Below are positions 48,596 to 56,315 of a stretch of DNA of 64,000 nucleotides, one piece after another (position 1 is the stretch's first letter; the number at the start of each line of letters is the position of its first letter). The DNA comes from Patescibacteria group bacterium (GTDB taxonomy: Bacteria > Patescibacteriota > Patescibacteriia > Patescibacteriales > JAQVLT01): the NCBI GenBank assembly GCA_028704015.1, contig JAQVLT010000006.1, positions 10,102 to 74,101 of the forward strand. The letters run 5' to 3'. The position numbers and the translations under genes are program-made. The notes beneath the pieces were generated by a model that was given only the letters and a program-made list of their open reading frames with translations, was not told where the DNA came from and did no database searches.

Positions 48596-48660
48596 ATCGG
48601 AATTGCTCTTTTACAAAATACTTTTTAGGGGCTACATAACACGAAAAAAAGGAGGACAAG

Positions 48661-48903
48661 ATGGCCATCCAAGTCACAAGTTGGCAAGATCTAGCCGAGA
48701 AAACGTTCTTTAGCGGCTTAACTGCCCAAGAAGTTAAGGAAATGGGACTAACTTACAAACCAGGGAAAAGCTTTTCAACCCTGGCACAGACAATCAATAC
48801 TACAGGACCTCGTCCACCTTACAGTTACTGGGCAGTATTAGCCGGAAGGGAGGATGTTCTTCGAGAACATCTCGAAGGCAATCTTACAAACGACCGTGAT
48901 TAA
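48661..48903 (+). CDS. hypothetical protein (cassette C7)
   Basis: 80 aa with a strong SD, AAAGGAGGacaagATG. Confidence 0.55.
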   Translation: MAIQVTSWQDLAEKTFFSGLTAQEVKEMGLTYKPGKSFSTLAQTINTTGPRPPYSYWAVLAGREDVLREHLEGNLTNDRD

Positions 48904-48999
48904 CAGGGCTCCTTGGGGACATAAGCATGTCCCCGCCCCTAAAAAGCATTTTGTATTTTGGCTAATCGCCAAAAGGCTATCGCCTAAAAGAGCAATACA

Positions 49000-49121
49000 T
49001 CCGATAACACGGCATATCCAGCTCGGACTTTTCCGAAAGTCCTCACGCAAATTTTTGTTTCTCTTTACTTTATAATAAATAAAGGTGGAGAAACAAAATC
49101 TTCGGATGATGCCGAAACGTT
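49000..49121 (+). other. attC-like site 7
   Basis: TCCGATAAC-AC-GGCATATCC ... GGATGATGCC-GAAAC-GTT. Its R'' is the reverse complement of GTTATCGGA at 48593. Confidence 0.7.
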
Positions 49122-49315
49122 CCGCCGAAATCGCTCGCTTACGCCTGCCTACCGGCAGGCAGGCTCGCTCTTTTTCGGCGGAACGGCTTCGGAATTCTTC
49201 CTCGTCCCGCTCAGTCGCTCGCAAGCTCGCGACATCGCGTAACTCGGAATAAGCGAAATTGCCTTTCGTCCCGAAGCGTCGGGACTCCGGCAACTTCGCT
49301 TATTCCGAAGCCGTT
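49119..49315 (+). repeat. 197-bp element copy E7 (divergent; carries a nested GC-rich palindrome)
   Basis: Short variant with several substitutions. CCTGCCTACCGGCAGGCAGG (49143-49164) is inserted in the first hairpin loop. Confidence 0.95.
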
Positions 49316-49349
49316 GTACGAAATATCATTCACCTTTAATTCGTAAAAT

Positions 49350-49769
49350 ATGAAAACTGCCTACATATTCGGGCCAATTCATTTATTCGGACAAGATTAT
49401 TTACCCGTCTATAAACATCTCATGAAACTTTGTGAGCCGTATTTTGATAAAGTCATTGGCACTTATCCCGATTTTTGGGATAGTAAAGAAACTCCGCGTG
49501 AATTTTATGACCGCACCTACCAAGTTATTACTAAATGCCAGCTTTTTATCGGCGAGGTCTCAAGTCCTTCGATGGGTGTTGGCATGGAATTTCAAATGGC
49601 GCAGGAAAACAATATCCCATGTATAGCGCTTTGCAAAAAAGGAGTTGAGCCGTCGATGATGATCGCTGGCATACCTTGTACTAAAAAAGTTGTTTATTAT
49701 GAAGACTTCGCCGACTTGTCCGAACAAATGAATGAGATATTAAAAGATACGAGCTGGTTAAACGGGTGA
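49350..49769 (+). CDS. nucleoside 2-deoxyribosyltransferase-like protein (cassette C8)
   Basis: 139 aa with the SMGVGMEFQMA nucleophile-loop pattern. It differs at 2 aa from the 59818-60237 copy. Confidence 0.6.
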   Translation: MKTAYIFGPIHLFGQDYLPVYKHLMKLCEPYFDKVIGTYPDFWDSKETPREFYDRTYQVITKCQLFIGEVSSPSMGVGMEFQMAQENNIPCIALCKKGVEPSMMIAGIPCTKKVVYYEDFADLSEQMNEILKDTSWLNG

Positions 49770-49777
49770 ACGATACA

Positions 49778-49828
49778 TCGTACAACACGCGATATCCAAA
49801 ATTAGAACTTCAAATATGCCGAAACGTT
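49778..49828 (+). other. attC-like site 8 (compact)
   Basis: TCGTACAAC-AC-GCGATATCC-AAAATTAGAAC-TTCAAATATGCC-GAAAC-GTT. Confidence 0.7.
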
Positions 49829-49853
49829 ATCTGAAATTTCACCCCTCCTCACT

Positions 49854-50501
49854 ATGGTAGATAAAAAAACTTTTGAATTAGCAAACAAGTTGTGGGACTA
49901 CCACCATGTTAATCAATCTCTTGAAAAATCTGATTGCATTTTAGTTCTGGGTAGCCATGATTTGAGGGTCGCCGAAAGAGGCGCGGAATTATATCTTGAA
50001 AAATGGGCACCGCTTATTATTTTTTCCGGCGGACTCGGCAACTTAACCAAAGGTATTTGGGGTGAAGCTGAAGCTGACAAGTTCGCAGCTGTTGCTCAAA
50101 AAATGGGTATTCCTAAAAAAAATATTTTGATTGAAAATAAATCAACTAACACCGGTGAAAACATATTATTTACGCAACGGCTGCTACGTGAAAAAAATCT
50201 AGACTTTCAATCTTTCATCGTTGTTCAAAAACCATATATGGAGCGTAGAAGCTATGCAACCTTTAAAAAACATTGGCCAAATAAAAAACTAATCGTAACT
50301 TCCCCCCAAATACCTTTTCTGGAATACTATAACGATGAGATTCCGCTCGAGAAAGTAATTAACATAATGGTCGGCGACTTACAAAGAATTAAAATATACC
50401 CTGATAAAGGCTTTCAGATTTTTCAAGAGATTCCCACGGACGTATGGGAAGCGTACGAGCAACTTGTTGAGTTAGGCTATGATAAACATTTAGTGCGTTG
50501 A
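49854..50501 (+). CDS. YdcF/DUF218 family protein (cassette C9)
   Basis: 215 aa with the CILVLGSHD...FSGG...STNTGEN pattern of DUF218. Confidence 0.7.
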   Translation: MVDKKTFELANKLWDYHHVNQSLEKSDCILVLGSHDLRVAERGAELYLEKWAPLIIFSGGLGNLTKGIWGEAEADKFAAVAQKMGIPKKNILIENKSTNTGENILFTQRLLREKNLDFQSFIVVQKPYMERRSYATFKKHWPNKKLIVTSPQIPFLEYYNDEIPLEKVINIMVGDLQRIKIYPDKGFQIFQEIPTDVWEAYEQLVELGYDKHLVR

Positions 50502-50518
50502 ACCGGAGGGGCAAAACA

Positions 50519-50686
50519 TCACCTAACACCGCGATAAGCGGCTACAGAAAAGTTTCTTAATTAATATAATAATGAGTAAACTTTTCTTCCGGCCCAAATT
50601 TTGCAGATGAATAATAATTATAATAATGTATCTGCAAAACTTCGCTTATTCCGAAGCCGTTAAAACATCGCATACGCCGAAACGTT
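50519..50686 (+). other. attC-like site 9 (compound: two GTT ends, contains the 3' 25 nt of the 179-bp element)
   Basis: TCACCTAAC-AC-CGCGATAAGCGG ... ACTTCGCTTATTCCGAAGCC-GTTAAAAC-ATCGCATACGCC-GAAAC-GTT. Confidence 0.6.
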
Positions 50687-50753
50687 AGCTGAAATATTAT
50701 TCGGGGAGCGCCCCGCAAAAAAATTTATATAATTCTTAATCAATCAAAATAAT

Positions 50754-51383
50754 ATGCAACCTGATTACAACCTTGAATTCGCTCATATTTATGCAGATGA
50801 AGAATTTGGATTAGAACAACTCAAAAGTTTGGAGGTTTTGAAGAAAGTCATTTCAAAATTAAAAAAAGAAAATAAAACTTTCGTTACTTCTATTTTGATT
50901 GACGAATTTCATCCCGTAGTTTTCAGACTCGATGAAAATAAGATTATCGAAGAATTCAAAAAACATGGCATTGTTGTGGATTTTATCGGTTATGAATCAA
51001 AACTTGGAATTATAGCTGATAAAATTCTAAAAGAACTTCCAAAATCAATGTTAAAACTTGAACATTTTCATAAACCGGAGAAAGAAATTTTGATGTTAAA
51101 AGAAAATAATAAAAAAATTGGTTTAAAAGAAGACTTTGCGTTTATGTATAGACATACTTGTGCATTATTAAGTTGCTCTTGGTCACTTTGTAGATTAGGA
51201 ATTTTTAAAATTCCCAAAGATGCCATCAGAAACTTAAGCAATGCAAATTTTGATGCCAAACGAATAATCACGATTCTCCCCGAAAAATATCGTGTAGTTG
51301 AAGATAAAATCATTGAGATAATAAAATCATCAAAATACAAAAAGGCCGTACAAAATATAGAATATGAATTCTTCGAAATTTAA
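50754..51383 (+). CDS. hypothetical protein (cassette C10)
   Basis: 209 aa, no recognised motif. Confidence 0.55.
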   Translation: MQPDYNLEFAHIYADEEFGLEQLKSLEVLKKVISKLKKENKTFVTSILIDEFHPVVFRLDENKIIEEFKKHGIVVDFIGYESKLGIIADKILKELPKSMLKLEHFHKPEKEILMLKENNKKIGLKEDFAFMYRHTCALLSCSWSLCRLGIFKIPKDAIRNLSNANFDAKRIITILPEKYRVVEDKIIEIIKSSKYKKAVQNIEYEFFEI

Positions 51384-51446
51384 CTCAGCGCTCCCTGCGT
51401 CATACTGTCGCTTCGTTTCGCTCTACTCATTCGCCTTACAGGTTCA

Positions 51447-51533
51447 CCACATAACACGGCTTAAACGGAAATTTCTTACAAAAATTAACTAAATGCTCGG
51501 CTAACGCCTCGCACTTCGTTAAGCCGAAACGTT
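51447..51533 (+). other. attC-like site 10
   Basis: CCACATAAC-AC-GGCTTAAACGG ... CGTTAAGCC-GAAAC-GTT. Confidence 0.7.
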
Positions 51534-51557
51534 AGGCTAAATATTTTTTTAAATACT

Positions 51558-52187
51558 ATGAAAACATTAATTCTCGCTTCGAGCGGACAGTTTATAACCA
51601 ATAACAATGTTGATAATTTTTTGCCTAAAAAAATAGCTGATTGCAAAATCGCATATATTATAACCGCTTCAAAAAAGACTTCAGATACCGGATATATAGA
51701 CAAGCATCGACAAAAAATGGACGAATTAAATTTCTACTACGACGAAATAGACATTGCCGGTATGCATGAAAGCGAATTGAAAAAGGCACTTGACGGGCAT
51801 GATATTATTATGGTTGAGGGTGGTAACGCATTTTATTTGTTGAAAGCTATAAGAGAAAGCGGCTTTGATAATGTTATAAAAAAGTTAATTGATAACGGCG
51901 TAGTTTATATTGGCTCAAGCGCCGGTTCTTATGTTGCGTGCCCATCAATAATTGTATCAACCTATACTAATAAACAAAGAGATAGATGCGGTATTACCGA
52001 TTTTACTGGAATGAACTTAGTGCCTTTTTTAATCAAAGCACATTACACGCCAGACATGTTGCCAGACATGAAGGATCTTAGAAAAAACGTGGAATACCCG
52101 TTGCATATTTTAAATGACCAACAAGCACTATTGATTAGAGACGGAGAATTTCAACTCTTAGGTAGCGGTAAAGAAATAATATTATAA
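51558..52187 (+). CDS. peptidase S51 (dipeptidase E-like) (cassette C11)
   Basis: 209 aa with the nucleophile-elbow context VYIGSSAGS. Confidence 0.65.
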   Translation: MKTLILASSGQFITNNNVDNFLPKKIADCKIAYIITASKKTSDTGYIDKHRQKMDELNFYYDEIDIAGMHESELKKALDGHDIIMVEGGNAFYLLKAIRESGFDNVIKKLIDNGVVYIGSSAGSYVACPSIIVSTYTNKQRDRCGITDFTGMNLVPFLIKAHYTPDMLPDMKDLRKNVEYPLHILNDQQALLIRDGEFQLLGSGKEIIL

Positions 52188-52217
52188 GTATATTTATCAC
52201 GACGAAAAAAATTAAAT

Positions 52218-52340
52218 CACACAACACTATATATCTAGTTCAGAAATTTTACATTAATAAAGAGTAAAAATTTATTAATACTATATTTTATATTTTTTCT
52301 CATTTGAATAAGCAAACAAGATAAAAATATCAGACATTTT
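52218..52340 (+). other. terminal, degenerate attC-like half-site
   Basis: TCACACAAC-AC-TATATATCTAG and the shared inner module (TTCAGAAATTTT..AAGAGTAAAAATTT) are present. No matching L'-GAAAC-GTT is found. Confidence 0.45.
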
Positions 52341-52348
52341 TAAATATT

Positions 52349-52381
52349 AAAAAAAGTGTCGCCGGTTAAACCGTGCGACAC
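52349..52381 (-). terminator. intrinsic terminator of the 52388-52606 gene
   Basis: Minus strand reads GTGTCGCACGG-TTTAA-CCGGCGACAC followed by TTTTTTT. Confidence 0.8.
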
Positions 52382-52387
52382 ATTGCT

Positions 52388-52606
52388 TTACTCGCCGAAC
52401 AGACCATCATCATAACCCATGGCAAAGGTCGTCGGCTTTTTAAACACGAGGCTTTCGCCGCCGCTCCCCCTGTCCAACCTCCCTTTTTGTAAGCCTTGGT
52501 TATAAAGCTTGATCCGCCGCTCCCTCTCCCCACCTTCAACACTCATGGGACAGAGAGGATCATGGCCTTGCCCTTTTTCCCAATTGCAATACTTGCATTT
52601 GTCCAT
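52388..52606 (-). CDS. small Cys-containing protein
   Basis: 72 aa with a strong SD (AAGGAGGAT) and its own promoter and terminator. It has two Cys pairs (CKYC...C). Confidence 0.6.
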   Translation of the reverse strand: MDKCKYCNWEKGQGHDPLCPMSVEGGERERRIKLYNQGLQKGRLDRGSGGESLVFKKPTTFAMGYDDGLFGE

Positions 52607-52643
52607 ATACCTATCCTCCTTGGTATTTAAAAAGCATCAAATT

Positions 52644-52672
52644 AACATAACAGAAAATATTCTTACTGTCAA
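52644..52672 (-). promoter_or_regulatory. promoter TTGACA-17-TATGTT
   Basis: Minus strand reads TTGACAgtaagaatattttctgtTATGTT, upstream of the 52606 start. Confidence 0.55.
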
Positions 52673-52839
52673 GCAAACAAGGTAATGTGCGCATACACTC
52701 CAAGATTGATAGCCAGAACATTGTTCAAAAAATATGATAAATATTATATAATACATCGGAAGCGATTAAACACATTAAACAATACAAAAAAATAAATAAC
52801 CATAGCTAAATAAAATTTAATTACAATAAACTCAATTAA

Positions 52840-53523
52840 ATGATCAACGAAATAAAAGATGACCTAAGACGTCGGATGCAAAAAGCGCAAGAAAGTTTGC
52901 AGTCTGACAAAAAAATTGGAGTTAAACATTTGGAGCAACTAGGCGACGAAATAATGTCAGCCTTCGATCGGGCGATCGGCTCGCTTGATTTTAAAATCAA
53001 TATTTTTGAAGAACTGAAAAAAAGACGCGAGGACCTAAAAAATTGGAAAATAAGCTGGCGCAAAACTTTTTTTCCGATCAATTTCAAATATCTTCTTAGC
53101 GCTCCTTTTATTTACGGTATGATTATACCCGGAGTATTTTTTCATATTACACTAGAAATCTATCACCAAGTTTGTTTCCGATTTTACGGTATTCCTCGAG
53201 TAAAACCTGGGGACTATTTTATTTACGATCGACGTCTCCTGCCATATCTCAATTGGTTTGAAAAGCTAAATTGCATATATTGCAGTTACTTTAATAATCT
53301 ATTACAATACGCCGTTGAGATAGCGGGACGAACGGAACGTTTTTGGTGTCCAATTAAATACGCCAAACGAGTAACAAAAACTCATTCTCAGTATAACAAA
53401 TTCGTAGATTATTTGGATGCCAAAAACTTCCGCGAAAAATGGCAAGAATTGAGAGGCTTTTCTGATATTAAGCAGCTCGAAGAAAAAAAATGTGATTTTG
53501 ATAAAAATAAAGAGAAAAAATAA
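52840..53523 (+). CDS. conserved hypothetical membrane protein
   Basis: 227 aa. The central YGIPRVKPGDYFIYDRRLLPYLNWFEKLNCIYCSY...ERFWCPIKYA segment resembles a widespread uncharacterised family. Confidence 0.55.
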   Translation: MINEIKDDLRRRMQKAQESLQSDKKIGVKHLEQLGDEIMSAFDRAIGSLDFKINIFEELKKRREDLKNWKISWRKTFFPINFKYLLSAPFIYGMIIPGVFFHITLEIYHQVCFRFYGIPRVKPGDYFIYDRRLLPYLNWFEKLNCIYCSYFNNLLQYAVEIAGRTERFWCPIKYAKRVTKTHSQYNKFVDYLDAKNFREKWQELRGFSDIKQLEEKKCDFDKNKEKK

Positions 53524-53528
53524 TTTTC

Positions 53529-53846
53529 ATGATAACGCCAATACATCTTATTTTTGATTTCGGAATTTATTCCTTAGCTAATTCAGCCGGCATCATCCAC
53601 GCAAATAGCACTGATCTACTGCTTCTTTTTTCATCCGAGCTGATTGATCTGGATCACTTATTTTCTCACCCAATTTATCATCCGCGCCGCAATCCTTTCA
53701 CAACGCATTTTCTGCATAAAAATTGGAGAATTTTATTAATAATATCTATTTTAATAATTTTCTATCGACCGTTAACATTTTTCGGCATTGGCATTTTATC
53801 CCATTTTCTCTTGGATTATTTGTATAATAAAATTTATAAATTATAA
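53529..53846 (+). CDS. small polytopic membrane protein (possibly YdjM/DUF457-like)
   Basis: 105 aa, 3 TM helices, with several His. The family call is weak. Confidence 0.4.
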   Translation: MITPIHLIFDFGIYSLANSAGIIHANSTDLLLLFSSELIDLDHLFSHPIYHPRRNPFTTHFLHKNWRILLIISILIIFYRPLTFFGIGILSHFLLDYLYNKIYKL

Positions 53847-53872
53847 AAAACTCCGGATGTCCGGAGTTTTTT
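53845..53872. terminator. bidirectional intrinsic terminator
   Basis: AAAAAACTCCGG-ATGT-CCGGAGTTTTTT between convergent genes. Confidence 0.8.
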
Positions 53873-53882
53873 ATAATTTATT

Positions 53883-54455
53883 TTATCTTCCAATTGTTTT
53901 CAATGCCTCTCTAATTCTCTCGCCGCTATCTTTTATTTTTGGGTCAACGAGCTTTAAGGCCTCGCGCGCCTGCGGCATGGAATAACCCAGTGCCATCAAG
54001 GCATCAATCTCATCGGACGCAAAATTTTGCGTCCCTACTCTATTGCCATCTGCCAACTTCCCAATTTTTTCTCTTAATTCCAACACCACTCTTTCGGCGG
54101 TCTTGCGGCCGATGCCGGATACCTTTGTCAGAAGCGCTGAGTCGCCGCGCGCTATTGATTCTTTTATATCTTCAATGCTGGCAACTGACAATACCCCCAG
54201 AGCAGACTTCGGTCCGATGCCGGAAATAGTCAAAAGCAACTCAAAAAATTCTAATCCTTCAATATTTTTAAAACCGTATAAATCAAGCGCATCCTCGCGC
54301 ACTTGCTGATGCGTATAGATTTCCACTTCACTCTTCAAAGCCAAATCAGCAAAAAATGACGGGGCAACAAAAACTTGATAACCGACACCGACGGTTTCAA
54401 TAATAATATAACCTTTGCTTTTATTTATAATTTTACCTTTGAGATAACTGATCAT
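53883..54455 (-). CDS. ruvA: Holliday junction branch-migration complex subunit RuvA
   Basis: 190 aa with N-terminus MISYLKGKI...VGVGYQV and HhH motifs ISGIGPKSA / VSGIGRKTAERV. Confidence 0.9.
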   Translation of the reverse strand: MISYLKGKIINKSKGYIIIETVGVGYQVFVAPSFFADLALKSEVEIYTHQQVREDALDLYGFKNIEGLEFFELLLTISGIGPKSALGVLSVASIEDIKESIARGDSALLTKVSGIGRKTAERVVLELREKIGKLADGNRVGTQNFASDEIDALMALGYSMPQAREALKLVDPKIKDSGERIREALKTIGR

Positions 54456-54496
54456 AAACGTAGTATAAAGTAAAAAGGTAAAAATTAAAAGACTTT

Positions 54497-55846
54497 CTAC
54501 TTTCTACTTTCTACTTTTCGCCTCAGTACGCTGTATTCCGGCACGCTCTCGCCGACCTCCAAAATCACTGTTTGGCCGCCGCTACCGCCGTGCGCTTCGC
54601 TAATTTCCTTATTATTTTTAATATCAACCAATTTTTCCACCCTCATTTTTATTATATCATAAAACGGCCGGACAATCTCAATCTCATCCCCCACTTTTAC
54701 GGTATTGTGTACTTTAACTAAAATTCTGTTACGTGCTATGTGATATGTGCTATGTGAAATAACTTGTCCGCAAAACTCCCATTTACTCGACTGATGTGAC
54801 AGCTTTAGCTCTTGGTCCGCCTTGCCACCCAAAAGAAAGCCGGTAGTATAACCGCGATGCACTAATTTTTTATCCAATTCATTATAAAAATAATCCAAAT
54901 CTTTTTTTGTTATGTGTTTTATGTTATGTGTTACGTGAGAATAAATTCCATTAACCATCGCCTCATAATAAACGCTCTTGGCCCGCCCTTCGATTTTAAA
55001 GCTAGTTACACCGGCGTCAACTAATTTATCCAAATATTTTATCAAACATAAATCTTTTGAATTCAAAATATAACTTCCATGCTCCTCTTCCACAATCTCC
55101 AAGGGCTGATCAAATCTTTTTTCTTCTGCAATAAAATATTCTTTACTTTCTACTTTCAACTTCTTGTCCGCCGAAGCTTTAGCGAAGGCAGATCTACTTT
55201 CAACTCCGTAAGGCCACCGGCATGGCTGTGTGCAATCGCCTAAATTAGCGCTCCGATCATTAAAATATTTAGAAAGAAAACAACGTCCCGAATATGCCAT
55301 ACACATCGCGCCATGGACAAAATATTCCAATTCCATTTCCGGCGCGCGCCGATGAATTTCTTTAATTTCATCAAGCGTCGTTTCCCGGCCCAAGATAATC
55401 CTCTTTACTCCGGCTTTCCGCCAAAATTTAACCGCCTGCCAATTTGTGCAATTCGCCTGCGTGGAAAGATGAATTTCGCAAGCCGGCCATATTTTTTTTG
55501 CCAAAACTAAAACTCCAGGGTCAGAAATAATTAAGGCGTCAACTTTTATCTTTTTAAGCTCTTTTAAATAAGGCGGCAATTTATCAAGATGTTTGTTGTG
55601 CGCAAAAATATTTATTGTCACATAAACTTTCTTGCCTAATTCATGGGCATATTTCACCGCCTCTTTCACTCCGGCTAAATCAAAATCATTAATCCGCACA
55701 CGCAAAGAAAAATCAGGAATGCCCAGATAAATCGCGTCGGCGCCAAAAGCGAAAGCGGTTTTCATTTTTTCCAAATTCCCTGCTGGTGCGAGTAACTCAA
55801 TTTTTTTTATTTTTAATTTTTTCATAATAACCTCGTTAAAAAACAC
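54497..55846 (-). CDS. U32 family peptidase
   Basis: N-terminal ELLAPAGN..AFAFGADAIYLG pattern. The likely start is Met 55825. It contains two in-frame GTTAYGT heptad arrays. Confidence 0.8.
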   Translation of the reverse strand: MFFNEVIMKKLKIKKIELLAPAGNLEKMKTAFAFGADAIYLGIPDFSLRVRINDFDLAGVKEAVKYAHELGKKVYVTINIFAHNKHLDKLPPYLKELKKIKVDALIISDPGVLVLAKKIWPACEIHLSTQANCTNWQAVKFWRKAGVKRIILGRETTLDEIKEIHRRAPEMELEYFVHGAMCMAYSGRCFLSKYFNDRSANLGDCTQPCRWPYGVESRSAFAKASADKKLKVESKEYFIAEEKRFDQPLEIVEEEHGSYILNSKDLCLIKYLDKLVDAGVTSFKIEGRAKSVYYEAMVNGIYSHVTHNIKHITKKDLDYFYNELDKKLVHRGYTTGFLLGGKADQELKLSHQSSKWEFCGQVISHSTYHIARNRILVKVHNTVKVGDEIEIVRPFYDIIKMRVEKLVDIKNNKEISEAHGGSGGQTVILEVGESVPEYSVLRRKVESRK

Positions 55847-55921
55847 TCAAATCTACAAATGCATACAAATCTACAAATACTAATAAATTCGTAGATTTGA
55901 AAATATTTGCAAATTTGAGTG

Positions 55922-56305
55922 TTATTCGCCTAATTCTTCTCTAATTTTTTCTATTATTTCTTCGGTGGTAAAATGCGCTTTAACCAAATAATTATTCGCG
56001 CCAAATTCCATGGCTTTTTTAATATCAGTTTCTTCACCCAGATTTGAGAGCATTATTACCGGCACTTTCTTGGCGTTTTCGTCTTCTAGGGAACGTATTT
56101 TTTGCAGAACTTCAAAACCATTAATACTGGGAAGCAAAATGTCTAATAAAATTAAATCAAATTTTTCTTTGTCTACTGCCAATAACGCTTTCTCTCCGTC
56201 TTCCGCTTCTGTCACTACAAATCCTTCTTTGGCTAATCTTTTAAAAATTATTTCTCGCAAAAATGAGTCGTCCTCCACTAATAATATTTTTTTGTCTTTA
56301 GCCAT
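55922..56305 (-). CDS. single-domain response regulator
   Basis: 127 aa with the VEDD...DLILLDILLP receiver pattern. Confidence 0.85.
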   Translation of the reverse strand: MAKDKKILLVEDDSFLREIIFKRLAKEGFVVTEAEDGEKALLAVDKEKFDLILLDILLPSINGFEVLQKIRSLEDENAKKVPVIMLSNLGEETDIKKAMEFGANNYLVKAHFTTEEIIEKIREELGE

Positions 56306-56315
56306 ATTTTTAAAA

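Larger units (their letters stand above)
31079..52340 (+). mobile_element. integron-like platform: tyrosine recombinase, attI-like junction, about 11 gene cassettes, and 7 ORF-less cassette-like elements
   Basis: A divergent recombinase faces ORFs that are all on the plus strand. attC-like palindromes with RYYYAAC...GTTRRRY frames separate the ORF groups, and R'/R'' are complementary within cassettes. Confidence 0.7.

Noticed and set aside
32008-49315. The regularly spaced identical repeats could be a CRISPR array.
   Set aside because: The repeats are about 180 bp (not 25-40) and the 'spacers' are 0.4-7.8 kb containing full genes. No cas genes are present, and the repeats are bounded by attC-like sites.
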